Assembly (NCBI GenBank): GCA_022709525.1
Contig: JAKLIQ010000002.1
Coordinates: forward strand, 64,984 to 128,983
Direction: 5' to 3'
DNA: 64,000 nucleotides
Origin: Candidatus Omnitrophota bacterium
GTDB taxonomy: Bacteria > Omnitrophota > Omnitrophia > Omnitrophales > Aquincolibacteriaceae
Part shown: positions 19,135 to 28,888 of the stretch, in pieces
Numbering within the stretch: position 1 is the first letter of the stretch
How the letters are laid out: every line of letters begins with the position of its first letter
Notes under the pieces: model-generated
What the model saw: only the letters and a program-made list of their open reading frames with translations
What the model was told of the DNA's origin: nothing
Database searches by the model: none
Program-made: the position numbers and the translations under genes

Positions 19135-21228
19135 TTAGCGCGATGACGGGTCGTCATCGAATTCGATGACGGTATCGTGGACGGAGTAGCCCTGGTCCTG
19201 ATTTTCGTCTTCATCGCGGTATTCGCCGTAAGAACGCATGGCCCGGATATCGTAGAGACTGGGAGGGATCTCGTTGAGGAACCTTGACGGAAGATTGTGA
19301 TGGGTTGCGCCGTACATACGCCGTTCGGTCGCATAGGAAAGATGAAGTTTCTCTCTTGCCCGCGTGATACCGACATAGCATAGCCGCCGCTCTTCCTCAA
19401 GATCGTCCGACGGCCCCATATAGGAATTGATGTGCGGGAAGATCCCCTCTTCCATGCCGACCATAAAAACGATCGGAAATTCCAATCCCTTAGCCGTGTG
19501 AAGCGTCATCAAAGTCAGGACATTCGTCCCCTGGTCCCAAGCGTCGAGGTCCGTCACAAGTTCGATCGAATCAAGAAATGACGCTAAGGGCGTCATTTCG
19601 GGACTCGCAGCTTGTTCCTCGGGACTCGTTTTGGTTTCAGATTTTTTCAAGGGACGAGTCCCAAGTCCGGAGCTCCTGTTTTCCGTAAAATCCTCGATTA
19701 CGCTGAAAAATTCCTCGATATTTTCAAGCCGCGCCTGGGCTTCGACGGTACGCTCGGCCTCAAGTTCCGTCACATAACCCGTATCTTCCAGGATCCGTTC
19801 GAGGATCTCATGGACTGTCATCTCATTTTGTTTTTTCCGAAGCTTCGTAAGCCAGGCGTAAAAAGCTCCGAGAGACTTTTGAACCCTTGGCGTCAGCCCT
19901 TTAACGCTGGGAAGGTCTTGCAGAACTTCTTCCCAAGTCTTTCCTCGCGCCTCGGCTTCGAGGGTTTCCATGGCTTTTTTGCCGATCCCGCGCGCCGGGA
20001 CATTGATCACGCGCTTAAGACTCACTTCATCGTGCGGGTACGCGACAAGCCGGAGATACGCGATAATGTCCTTGATCTCCTTGCGATCATAAAAGCGGGT
20101 CCCGCCCACGATCTTGTAGGGAATGTTCGCACGCATCAATTCTTCTTCCAGAACGCGCGATTGCGCGTGAACGCGGTAGAAGATCACCTGATCGGCGTAG
20201 CTCCGGCCCTGAGCCTTGTATTGGATAACGTTTTCGACGGCATATTTAGCCTCCGCCGCCTCATCCTCGGCGTTAAAAAGTTCGATCTTGGAACCGCCTT
20301 TTTTCTCGGTCCAAAGCGCTTTGGGTTTTCGCATCTGGTTATTTTTGATCAGATGATTCGCCGCCTCGAGGATCACCGGCGTCGAGCGGTAATTCTGCTC
20401 CATGCGGATCGTTCCGGAATCCGGATAATCCGCCTCGAAATTGAGGATGTTCTTGATGTCGGCGCCGCGCCAGGCATAGATCGATTGATCCGGATCCCCC
20501 ACCACGGTGATCTGCCGCCGGGCCGACGCGAGCAGTTTCACAAAACGGTACTGGGCGTGGTTCGTATCCTGATATTCATCGATCAAGATATGCTGAAAAC
20601 GGTCCTGCCAGGTCTTAAGGACCGACGGGTTCCTGTCAAAGAGCGCCACCGTTTTCATGATGAGATCACCGAAATCGCAGGCTTTGAGACGCTTCATCTT
20701 GGCCTCATAAAGCTGGTAAACTTTTCCGACAGCATCCTGAAACAGATCTTCGGCTTTCTCCGAATACTGAAAAGGCGTCACAAGATAATCCTTCGCGCGC
20801 TGGATCTCTTCGCGAACGCCTTTGGGATGTACTTGCTTTTCATTCAAGTTAAGCTCGGCGACGCAGTCTTTGATCACCTGGAGTTGGTCATATTCATCGT
20901 AAATGATGAAATTGCGGTCCAGTTCGATGGCGGGCCCATCCTGGCGGAGGATCCGAAGGCATGTGGAATGAAAAGTGCTGACCCAAACCTGCTGGGCGAC
21001 AAGTTTCTCGATGCGGGAACGCATTTCCTGAGCCGCCTTGTTGGTAAAGGTCACGCCTAAGATATTGAAAGCCGGCACGCCGTGCGCGATAAGCCAGGCA
21101 ATGCGATGCGTCAGGATCCGCGTTTTGCCGCTTCCCGCTCCCGCCAAGATCAGCAAAGGCCTCACGGGAAGCCAAGCCACAGCCTCGCGCTGCATCGGAT
21201 TGAGATCTCTCAAGAGGTCTTGGGTCAT
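19135..21228 (-). CDS. pcrA: ATP-dependent DNA helicase UvrD/PcrA
   Basis: 697 aa; Walker A AGAGSGKTRILTHRIAWL, UvrD motifs (TFTNKAA, VVGDPDQSIY), C-terminal helicase domain. Confidence 0.9.
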   Translation of the reverse strand: MTQDLLRDLNPMQREAVAWLPVRPLLILAGAGSGKTRILTHRIAWLIAHGVPAFNILGVTFTNKAAQEMRSRIEKLVAQQVWVSTFHSTCLRILRQDGPAIELDRNFIIYDEYDQLQVIKDCVAELNLNEKQVHPKGVREEIQRAKDYLVTPFQYSEKAEDLFQDAVGKVYQLYEAKMKRLKACDFGDLIMKTVALFDRNPSVLKTWQDRFQHILIDEYQDTNHAQYRFVKLLASARRQITVVGDPDQSIYAWRGADIKNILNFEADYPDSGTIRMEQNYRSTPVILEAANHLIKNNQMRKPKALWTEKKGGSKIELFNAEDEAAEAKYAVENVIQYKAQGRSYADQVIFYRVHAQSRVLEEELMRANIPYKIVGGTRFYDRKEIKDIIAYLRLVAYPHDEVSLKRVINVPARGIGKKAMETLEAEARGKTWEEVLQDLPSVKGLTPRVQKSLGAFYAWLTKLRKKQNEMTVHEILERILEDTGYVTELEAERTVEAQARLENIEEFFSVIEDFTENRSSGLGTRPLKKSETKTSPEEQAASPEMTPLASFLDSIELVTDLDAWDQGTNVLTLMTLHTAKGLEFPIVFMVGMEEGIFPHINSYMGPSDDLEEERRLCYVGITRAREKLHLSYATERRMYGATHHNLPSRFLNEIPPSLYDIRAMRSYGEYRDEDENQDQGYSVHDTVIEFDDDPSSR

Positions 21229-21239
21229 CGGATATTCAC

Positions 21240-21614
21240 TTATTCGTCTTCGATCTTATATGTTCCGAACGCTTCTTCAAATTCATAAACTTTGTCGAAA
21301 TCCTCAAGCTTGTCTTCGGGTTGTTTACTGAGAAGCTGGACGTCGATCAGAGAGAAAACGATCCTGCCAAAATCAAGCGTCGCGCGTATCCCCCAGTGAT
21401 GGAGCACGGTCTTAGCCATCGGCCCAAACTGATCAAGCGCGTATCGTTTGATGCCCAGCGCAAGCTCTTTGCCTGAGATATGCCGGGGTTTTTTGAGCCT
21501 TGAGACCGTATCATGAAGCGCGGCCAGAATAAAGGTGTAAGCCTCGAATTTGTAGCGGGAGTCCTTCTCAAGGATGCTCTCGATCTTCTTCAGATAACTT
21601 GCCGATTCTTCCAT
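21240..21614 (-). CDS. Hypothetical protein (~124 aa)
   Basis: ORF runs to 21818 but its 5' part overlaps the upstream gene; the internal ATG (MEESASYLKKIE...) at ~21614 gives a compact helical acidic protein; no family recognised. Confidence 0.45.
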   Translation of the reverse strand: MEESASYLKKIESILEKDSRYKFEAYTFILAALHDTVSRLKKPRHISGKELALGIKRYALDQFGPMAKTVLHHWGIRATLDFGRIVFSLIDVQLLSKQPEDKLEDFDKVYEFEEAFGTYKIEDE

Positions 21615-22276
21615 GGGCTTTTTTCCGCTTGAAAGTAGAGAGCCGGGTCCATTTCGACAGTCTTTATGGATACTGCGAAAACTTTTTCTAATCCGCTCCG
21701 GATCGATCGCATCAATTCTTCGCGGCTGATCCCCGACGGGATCAAAACCGATTCGTGATGAAGGAAGACGCCTTCGGAGCGTTTCTGCGCCCCTCCGGCG
21801 ATCTTCTTGCCTTTCCAAGCCAGGTCGCTTTCCACCGGAAAATCAAAACAATCGCTCCCTTTAGGAAGTTCATCTTCCTCGCCATAACATGTCACATGGA
21901 AACCGAACGGCTCAAGGCCCGCTTTGACGGCTTCGTGGATCTTTTGATAGCTCATGCGAACAGAGTTGAAATTCTCGGGATCGGTCTGGATCCTTCCCGT
22001 CAGCGAAAAAATAAGATCATCACCATGGTTGACGCAGCCGCCGCCTGTTATACGGCGACAAACAGGAACTCCCGGGTTTTTCCGGATCAGATCCGACTTG
22101 CGAAGGTCATCGTCATCGCGGAAAGAATAACCGGCGCTGATCCAGGGTTCCGAAGAAACATAAAACCGGAGAACGGGATCTTGAGGTTTTTCTTTTTGGG
22201 ATCGGAATAAAATCTCATCAAGCGCCATCTGAAAGGACATCGGGGCGCTGATCGCCGGCAACTGTTGCCATTTCAT
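21590..22276 (-). CDS. Lipoate-protein ligase / octanoyltransferase family protein (BPL/LPL catalytic domain)
   Basis: 228 aa; RRITGGGCVNHGDD resembles the LplA/LipM RRxSGGGAV(Y/F)HD motif and KKIAGGAQKR the catalytic Lys region; adjacent to the gcv operon (GcvH is the lipoyl carrier). Confidence 0.65.
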   Translation of the reverse strand: MKWQQLPAISAPMSFQMALDEILFRSQKEKPQDPVLRFYVSSEPWISAGYSFRDDDDLRKSDLIRKNPGVPVCRRITGGGCVNHGDDLIFSLTGRIQTDPENFNSVRMSYQKIHEAVKAGLEPFGFHVTCYGEEDELPKGSDCFDFPVESDLAWKGKKIAGGAQKRSEGVFLHHESVLIPSGISREELMRSIRSGLEKVFAVSIKTVEMDPALYFQAEKSPWKNRQVI

Positions 22277-22367
22277 GGCAGGATGACAGACAACAGAGAA
22301 CAGAAAACAGAGACAAGGTTTTTTCTGTCCTCTGATCTCTGAACTCTGTCTTCTGCGTCTTGGATCA

Positions 22368-23867
22368 TTACGCTGCAGCCTCAGCTAAAAGCATCTTTTC
22401 TCGTAGCTGGTCTCGATATGAGAGAATAGGCTTGCGCGCGGCAAGGACATCGTTAGGGCGGCGGACCGGCAACGTATGCGGCGCTGTTTTGACCTTTTCG
22501 GGGTCAGATACCGCTTCGTCGGCGATCGCCTTCATCGCTTCGATAAAAAGATCGAGCGTTTCCCGGGATTCGGTCTCGGTGGGTTCGATCATGAGGGCCT
22601 CCGGGACCACCAGCGGAAAATGGACCGTCGGCGCGTGAAAACCAAAATCCAGGAGCCGCTTCCCCACATCGCCGGCGTGAACCCCTTGCGCGCCGAGAGA
22701 TTTTATCGAAAGAACAAATTCGTGCATACACGGACCTTGAGTTGCCACCGTAAAAGTGTCTTTCAAGCATTCTTTCATGTAATTGGCGTTCAAAATAGCG
22801 GCTTCGCTCACTTTGCGGAGACCTTCTTTGCCGAGCATCTTCAAATAAACATACGCGCGGACCATCACACCGATATTCCCGTGGAACAATTTAACGCGTC
22901 CGATGGATTGCGGACCGGCATCGGCCCAACGGTAACTCCCGCCGGCCTTTTCAACAAGCGGGCCCGGAAGGAACGGGATCAAATGTTTTTTGACGCCGAC
23001 CGGCCCGGCGCCCGGGCCGCCGCCTCCGTGAGGCGTCGAAAAAGTCTTATGCAGATTGATATGAATAATATCAAAACCCATATCTCCCGGACGCGCGATC
23101 CCGAGAAGCGGGTTTAGGTTGGCGCCGTCATAATAAAGAAGTCCGCCGTGCTGATGCACGAGTTTTGTGATCTCAAGGATATTTTTTTCAAAAAGGCCGA
23201 GCGTGTTAGGATTCGTCAACATCAAACACGCCACATGATCATCGAGATGCTGTTTCAGGTCTTCGAGATCGACGCGCCCCCGGGAATCTGATTTGATCTC
23301 CACAACATGGAAACCGAAAAGCGCGGCGCTTGCGGGATTGGTGCCATGGCTTGAGTCGGGCACGAGCACTTTGGTGCGTTTGGTTTCGCCGCGCGAAGCA
23401 TGGTACGCGCGAACCAGCATCATGCCGGTCAATTCGCCGTGCGCGCCGGCGGCCGGCTGGAGCGTGAAGCGGTCCATCCCCGAGATCTCTTTTAAACCCC
23501 CTTCGAGCTCCCAAAGGATCTCCATCATCCCCTGGGCCGTGGATTCTTCTTGAAGCGGATGAAGGGCCGTGAATTTTTCGTTGCGCGCCGCCCACTCGTT
23601 CACTTTAGGATTGTATTTCATGGTGCAGCTTCCGAGCGGGTAAAAATGGGTATCGACCGAGAAGTTCTTCCTGGAAAGATTGATAAAGTGACGGACGATG
23701 TCCGATTCGCTAAGCTCCGGGAACCCGATCGAGGTTTGCCGTAACAACCCTGACGAGACGGCTTTCGTAGGACTTTCGCCGGAAAAACGCGCGGAAGGAA
23801 GGGTTACCGCTCTGCGGCCGGACTTGCTTTTCTCAAAACTGAGACGGTCATCTTGGGAGATCAGCAT
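22368..23867 (-). CDS. gcvPB: Glycine dehydrogenase (decarboxylating) subunit 2
   Basis: ORF extends to 23927; probable start MLISQDDRLSFEKS at ~23867; PLP-dependent GcvPB hallmarks (HINLHKTFSTPHGGGGPG). Confidence 0.9.
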   Translation of the reverse strand: MLISQDDRLSFEKSKSGRRAVTLPSARFSGESPTKAVSSGLLRQTSIGFPELSESDIVRHFINLSRKNFSVDTHFYPLGSCTMKYNPKVNEWAARNEKFTALHPLQEESTAQGMMEILWELEGGLKEISGMDRFTLQPAAGAHGELTGMMLVRAYHASRGETKRTKVLVPDSSHGTNPASAALFGFHVVEIKSDSRGRVDLEDLKQHLDDHVACLMLTNPNTLGLFEKNILEITKLVHQHGGLLYYDGANLNPLLGIARPGDMGFDIIHINLHKTFSTPHGGGGPGAGPVGVKKHLIPFLPGPLVEKAGGSYRWADAGPQSIGRVKLFHGNIGVMVRAYVYLKMLGKEGLRKVSEAAILNANYMKECLKDTFTVATQGPCMHEFVLSIKSLGAQGVHAGDVGKRLLDFGFHAPTVHFPLVVPEALMIEPTETESRETLDLFIEAMKAIADEAVSDPEKVKTAPHTLPVRRPNDVLAARKPILSYRDQLREKMLLAEAAA

Positions 23868-25198
23868 CGCTCCAAGGCCTCCACGAACCGGTCCAGGTCT
23901 TCTTTGGATTTCGTCTCGGTCGCGCAAACAAGAAAATGATCCTTAAGTTCGGGATAAAAAGGTTCCAATGCGACGCCGGGAAAAATCCCCTGCGCCATAA
24001 GTTTTTCCTGGATCTTCGGGAACGGCTTGTTCGACCGGACGCGAAACTCATTAAAAATCGTTTGAGAGGGATCGACTTCATAATTTTTGAGACTTGAGAT
24101 TTTAGATCTGAGATAATTAGCGCGATCCCAATTGATCTCGGCGATCTCGCGGATGCCTTTTTTGCCAAGAAGGGTCATATAAACGCAAGCGGCTAGCGCG
24201 CAAAGGGCCTGGTTGCTGCAAATATTAGAGCCTGCTCGTTCTCTCCGGATATGCTGCTCGCGAGCTTGAAGCGTCAGGCAAAAGGCCCGTTTGCCGTCGG
24301 CATCTTCCGTAAGGCCCGCCAAACGGCCCGGGATACGGCGCATGAGCGCCTGCGAGGTCACAAAATAGCCGAGATAAGGGCCGCCGAAGTTCATAGAAAG
24401 CCCCAGCGGTTGGCCTTCCCCTGCCGCGATATCGGCGCCCCATTCGCCGGGCGACTTGAAAAGCCCCAGCGATAAAGGATTTGCGGTCAGGATCATGAGC
24501 GAACCGTTCGCATGGATCTTCTCGCTGACGCCTTCGAGATTTTCCATAACACCCAAGAAATTGGGGGTCTGAAAGATCACGCCCGCGACCGTCGCGTCGA
24601 GCCTTGAAAGAAGTTCTTCTCTTTTAAAATTCCCGACCGCGTCAAAATTGATCTCTTCGATCTGGTAGGGCGTTCCGGCGAGATAAGTGCGTATCGTTTG
24701 GCGGTAATGCGGGTGAACGGAACGCGCGATGAGAAGCTTGGAACGATCCGTCTGTTTCAATGCGACCAGCGCAGCTTCCGCGAGACTTGTAGCGCCGTCA
24801 TAATGGGAAGCGTTTGAAACATCGAGGCCGGTCAGCTCGACCATGAGACTTTGGTATTCGTAGATCGCCTGCAGGGTGCCTTGCGACGCCTCCGGCTGAT
24901 AGGGCGTGTAAGCGGTCGAGAATTCCTGACGGCCGACGATATCAAAAACAGCTGCCGGGATAAAATGATCGTAGCTTCCGGCGCCAAGAAATGAAAGGGC
25001 GCCTTTGACGGTTGTGTTCTTTTGGCCGAGTTTCGCGACGAGATCCTGGATCTCCAATTCGCTTAATCCGGCCGGCAAAGAGATCTTGGGATCGCGCAGC
25101 GAGGCCGGGATGTCGCCGGTCAGCTCGTCAAAAGAGCGGACGCCGATCCGATCAAACATGGCTTTCTTTTCTTCGGCCGTGAGGGAAAGGTAAGGCAT
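23861..25198 (-). CDS. gcvPA: Glycine dehydrogenase (decarboxylating) subunit 1
   Basis: 445 aa; MPYLSLTAEEKKAMFDRIGV N-terminus and overall GcvPA pattern; overlaps gcvPB start. Confidence 0.9.
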   Translation of the reverse strand: MPYLSLTAEEKKAMFDRIGVRSFDELTGDIPASLRDPKISLPAGLSELEIQDLVAKLGQKNTTVKGALSFLGAGSYDHFIPAAVFDIVGRQEFSTAYTPYQPEASQGTLQAIYEYQSLMVELTGLDVSNASHYDGATSLAEAALVALKQTDRSKLLIARSVHPHYRQTIRTYLAGTPYQIEEINFDAVGNFKREELLSRLDATVAGVIFQTPNFLGVMENLEGVSEKIHANGSLMILTANPLSLGLFKSPGEWGADIAAGEGQPLGLSMNFGGPYLGYFVTSQALMRRIPGRLAGLTEDADGKRAFCLTLQAREQHIRRERAGSNICSNQALCALAACVYMTLLGKKGIREIAEINWDRANYLRSKISSLKNYEVDPSQTIFNEFRVRSNKPFPKIQEKLMAQGIFPGVALEPFYPELKDHFLVCATETKSKEDLDRFVEALERC

Positions 25199-25204
25199 TT
25201 CAGA

Positions 25205-25597
25205 TCAATGTTTCGGGGCCTGCAGGACCATTTCGCGATATTGCGCCGCGCTCATAAGAGCGTTCAGTTCGGCAGGATGAGAAATCTCCAGTTCAAAGAT
25301 CCAACCGTCCACATAAGGACTTTGGTTGATGAGGCCGGGATTGGATTCAAGCGCTTTATTGGCTCCGGTGATCTTTCCCGAGACCGGCGCATAAATATCG
25401 AACGCGGCCTTGACGGATTCGACCACGGCTGCCGGCTTGGACTGCTGGACAGCCTGGCCCTGCTTCGGTAATTCGACAAAAACGACATCCGAAATCTCTT
25501 TCTGCGCGTGTTCGGTCACGCCAACCTTGGCTTTGGCGCCCTGGACCGCGATCCATTCGTGAGTTTTTGTGTACTTCAGATTTTCAGGAAAATCCAT
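25205..25597 (-). CDS. gcvH: Glycine cleavage system H protein
   Basis: 130 aa; lipoyl-lysine region ESVKAAFDIYAPVSG; KYTKTHEWI N-terminus. Confidence 0.95.
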   Translation of the reverse strand: MDFPENLKYTKTHEWIAVQGAKAKVGVTEHAQKEISDVVFVELPKQGQAVQQSKPAAVVESVKAAFDIYAPVSGKITGANKALESNPGLINQSPYVDGWIFELEISHPAELNALMSAAQYREMVLQAPKH

Positions 25598-25649
25598 GCT
25601 TGCCTCCGGTTGAAAATGAAGAAAAATAATGGAAGTGAACGAATGTATT

Positions 25650-26747
25650 CTACCTTTTTCTTGCGTAAAAAGGTAGCGAAACCACGGCCGCTTCGACAGG
25701 GTTGCCGCGGACCATCACGTTGATCTTGTTGCCCGTCTTGGCCTGATCGATCGCCACATACGCCATGCCGATATTCTTGCCGGTCGTGGGAATGAAGCTG
25801 CCGCTCGTCACAGCGCCGATCGTCTTTCCGTCCTTTTGGATCTCAAAGCCCTGGCGCGGGATCCCGCGGCCGATCATCTCGAACCCGATCCGCTTCTTTC
25901 GGATCCCTTCCTGCGCCTGTTTTTTTAAAATTCCGGATCCCGGAAAATCTTCTTTGGTAAGATCGACCGCCCATCCGAGGTCGGCCTCCAGAGGCGTGAT
26001 CTCGTCGCTTAACTCATGTCCGTAAAGAGGCATGGCCGCCTCCAGCCGCAAGGTATCGCGGGCGCCGAAGCCGATCGCGAGCAATCCGTGCTTTTCCCCC
26101 ACGCGGAAAAGCACATCCCAGATCTTCTTGAGTTTTTCTTTGGGAACCATGATCTCGTAGCCGTCTTCGCCGGTATATCCCGTTCGCGCGATGATCCCGC
26201 CTTCAAAATCCTTGTAGTGAAACCGCCGGAGATCCTTATAAAAGGCCCCGAAGCACTCGACAAGGATCGTCTGGCTCAACGGCCCTTGAAGGGCCAGAAG
26301 CCCCATCTCCTCGCTCAAATCCGTCAGGACCGCTCCGGAAATAAGGCGGGACCGGAACCAGTGGAGATCTTTTTCGATATTGCCGGCATTCACAATGATC
26401 AGGAATTTTTGCTCGGCCATGCGGTAAACGATAATGTCGTCGACCATGCCGCCGCGGTCATTCACAAGAGGCATATAAACGGCCTGGCCCGGCTTGACGG
26501 GCGCGATACGCCGCGGAAGGTTCTTTTCAAGGAAAAAGAGCGTTTCGGGGCCTTCAATAAGAAATTCGCCCATATGGGAGATGTCAAAAACCCCGGCCTG
26601 GGCTCGGACGGCGGCGTGCTCTTCCATGATACTGGTGTAAAAAAGCGGGACAAGCCATCCCCCGAAATCGCCCATGCGGGCGCCCCTTTGGAGATGCTCT
26701 TCGTGAAGCGGTAACTTCCGTGCCTCTGTTTCTAACGTCATGGTCAT
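25650..26747 (-). CDS. gcvT: Aminomethyltransferase (glycine cleavage T protein)
   Basis: ORF extends to 26888 through non-coding-looking sequence; probable start [19 protein letters not shown] at ~26747; [11 protein letters not shown] motif. Confidence 0.9.
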   Translation of the reverse strand: MTMTLETEARKLPLHEEHLQRGARMGDFGGWLVPLFYTSIMEEHAAVRAQAGVFDISHMGEFLIEGPETLFFLEKNLPRRIAPVKPGQAVYMPLVNDRGGMVDDIIVYRMAEQKFLIIVNAGNIEKDLHWFRSRLISGAVLTDLSEEMGLLALQGPLSQTILVECFGAFYKDLRRFHYKDFEGGIIARTGYTGEDGYEIMVPKEKLKKIWDVLFRVGEKHGLLAIGFGARDTLRLEAAMPLYGHELSDEITPLEADLGWAVDLTKEDFPGSGILKKQAQEGIRKKRIGFEMIGRGIPRQGFEIQKDGKTIGAVTSGSFIPTTGKNIGMAYVAIDQAKTGNKINVMVRGNPVEAAVVSLPFYARKR

Positions 26748-26781
26748 GATGGAGAAAACCGGATTGAATTCAGGAGAAGGG

Positions 26782-26787
26782 ATTATA
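26782..26787 (-). promoter_or_regulatory. Candidate -10 box (TATAAT on the minus sense) ~35-40 nt upstream of gcvT
   Basis: plus-strand ATTATA at 26782-87 reads TATAAT on the coding strand of gcvT; lies in the 73 bp ftsA-gcvT gap. Confidence 0.25.
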
Positions 26788-26820
26788 GGAGCAAGGCAGG
26801 AAAAAGGAAAGCTTAAAAAG

Positions 26821-28071
26821 CTAGAAGTAATTCGTGAACCAGGTCCGGACGGCCGCGACACTTTTCCCGACAAGGCCGCGCGGCGCAAAAAGGTCTTCTT
26901 GGGCCCGCTTATAGGTCATGATCCACCGGAACATCCCGAGCGCGGGCGCCATGGCCGGGTCCCGGATCAATTCCTGCGGCGCTTCGACGTGTCGCGAAGT
27001 GCCAAGCTTGCCGTCCCTGGAAAATTCCTTCTGAACCCACTCAAGAAAACCATCCGTCATCACGGCGCCACCGGTAAAAAGGATATGCGGGTAGCGGACT
27101 TTCTCTTCCTGCATAAAAAGATCGGCGGACTCAAGGATCTTCCCCATCCAACCATGAGCGTGCTTGAAGAACTTTTCAAGGAATTCCTTGCGCGGGATCG
27201 ACTGCTGGACCTTTTCGTTGCGGGTCACAAGCGGGACCAGCTCTTCGCTTTGTTGTTCCCGGGGGTCAAGGGTTGCGAATTTTTCTTTTACTTTTTCCGC
27301 ATCCCGCTCCTCGATATTCCAGTCCTTGGCAAGACATTGCGTCAGATAATGGCCTCCCATCGGCAGCGTCCGGACACCGGCCAGAAGGCCGTTCTTCCAG
27401 AGCACCAGCTGCGTCGCGTCATCGGCGATGTCGAGGATCAGGCCGCCTTCCTGTTTTTCGGCGTCGCCCAGCACGGCTTCCGAAAGCGGCAGAACCTTCG
27501 GAAAAAAACCTTCGGCCTCAATATCGAGCGTCTCAAAGATCTTGGCGATATTGCGAAACGCCTGGAATTCCATGGTATAGATCTGCAGCGTCACGCCCAA
27601 ACGCTCGGCCTCCAGCCCTACGGGGTTCCGCACGGCCGGCATATCATTGACAAGAAAAGATTCGGGGATCGCCTGCAGGATCGATTCGGTGAGCGGCAGC
27701 GTCGCCACATTGCGCGTTTGCTGGACCACGGACTGGACTTCGTGCGAACTGATGGTATGCCGCTCCGGAGAATAATATTCGCAGCTTGAAAAGCGGTACA
27801 TCTTGAAACGGCTGTTCCCGAGCACGACATAGACGGGAACCTGCTCCCACGCTTCCGGGGGAAGGATGGCGTTCAATAATTTTTCAAGCGAGACGCTCGC
27901 GTTCTGAAGGTTGCAAACCAGCCCTTTTTCGAACCCCTCGGGAAAAAGCACCTCCTCGGTGCGCAACACCACCGGATGGCTGCTTCCGATATCTCCCAGC
28001 ATGACCATGAGTTTGCGGGTGCCGATATAAACGACGACACATTTATTCTTCAGATCGACGGGCAGGATCAT
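26821..28071 (-). CDS. ftsA: Cell division protein FtsA
   Basis: 416 aa; actin-like fold pattern (LILDIADDATQLVLW, ILFTGGAVMTDGF); follows ftsQ in the cell-wall/division cluster. Confidence 0.85.
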   Translation of the reverse strand: MILPVDLKNKCVVVYIGTRKLMVMLGDIGSSHPVVLRTEEVLFPEGFEKGLVCNLQNASVSLEKLLNAILPPEAWEQVPVYVVLGNSRFKMYRFSSCEYYSPERHTISSHEVQSVVQQTRNVATLPLTESILQAIPESFLVNDMPAVRNPVGLEAERLGVTLQIYTMEFQAFRNIAKIFETLDIEAEGFFPKVLPLSEAVLGDAEKQEGGLILDIADDATQLVLWKNGLLAGVRTLPMGGHYLTQCLAKDWNIEERDAEKVKEKFATLDPREQQSEELVPLVTRNEKVQQSIPRKEFLEKFFKHAHGWMGKILESADLFMQEEKVRYPHILFTGGAVMTDGFLEWVQKEFSRDGKLGTSRHVEAPQELIRDPAMAPALGMFRWIMTYKRAQEDLFAPRGLVGKSVAAVRTWFTNYF

Positions 28072-28883
28072 TTTTTCCTTTTGACCGCGACCCGGTCATA
28101 TTGCAGATCCATATACTCGATATTTTCCCGCGGCTCGGTTTTAAATAAATAAACGGCCTTGGCAAGGAACGAAAGCCGTTCCGAAGGCCTCCGCCCAAGC
28201 TGGAAATCCGGCCCTTCCCCGAGACGGATCGTGACGTTCCCATAAGGGTCCAGACTGATGCGGGTCACATTTTCGCGGCGGGCGAGCTCATGCTTCCGGT
28301 AGATCTTCATGAACCGCAGCGCCTCGGAAAATCCCTTGTTCTGAAGGCGCGCTCCGACGCGAGGATCCTTGAAAGGTTCGCTGAAATCTTCGATAAGGAT
28401 CCAGGCCGGATCGATCGCCGGCCGGCTTTCAATGATATAACCGTCCTCGGCGACAACCGCGTAAGGGCCGCCGGGTTTCAATTGGACATTCGCGACCGGT
28501 TTTCTTTTCTGGATCTCGATCCGGATCGTCGAAGGCATCTCCCGGACGATCCGGACGCTCTGGGCTCCGGGACCGAGTTCGATCGTGCCGGCGATCTTTT
28601 TCAGGTCGAGCAAGAGGATGTTTTTCCCGAGGATCTTATCCTCAAGAAGGCGCACGCTTTGCGGCGACAGCACATCCGGCGGGACAACGCGGATCTCCTG
28701 GACCTTGAGCCAGCGATCTTCGCAGAGAGCCGTTTTGACGGCAAAACCCGCATAGATGAGAAGGGCGGCGATCACGGCGACCGGCAGCGACTTCCAAATC
28801 AGCCAGCCGATCCCGCGGAAAATAGCCCCGAAGAACCCGAGCAGACCGCCTTTTTTCCCTTTTTTGAATTTTTTCTTTCCCAT
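28068..28883 (-). CDS. ftsQ: Cell division protein FtsQ (POTRA domain)
   Basis: 271 aa; short basic cytoplasmic N-terminus, single TM, POTRA-like region (WLKVQEIRVVPPDVLSPQSV); positioned between ddl and ftsA. Confidence 0.8.
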   Translation of the reverse strand: MGKKKFKKGKKGGLLGFFGAIFRGIGWLIWKSLPVAVIAALLIYAGFAVKTALCEDRWLKVQEIRVVPPDVLSPQSVRLLEDKILGKNILLLDLKKIAGTIELGPGAQSVRIVREMPSTIRIEIQKRKPVANVQLKPGGPYAVVAEDGYIIESRPAIDPAWILIEDFSEPFKDPRVGARLQNKGFSEALRFMKIYRKHELARRENVTRISLDPYGNVTIRLGEGPDFQLGRRPSERLSFLAKAVYLFKTEPRENIEYMDLQYDRVAVKRKK

Positions 28884-28888
28884 AAGGA

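Noticed and set aside
19612-21060. 482 aa plus-strand ORF antisense to uvrD/pcrA. Similar long antisense ORFs occur at 5517-6191, 12555-13496, 26016-27789, 33714-35802, 40213-41184, 42781-43551, 46903-47703, 58345-59846 and 61119-61736.
   Set aside because: All lie opposite strongly conserved, confidently identified genes. High GC suppresses stop codons in antisense frames. No recognisable domains.
26748-26820. Glycine riboswitch upstream of gcvT
   Set aside because: Region too short (73 bp). Conserved GGAGAG / ACCGAAGG elements not found on the sense strand.
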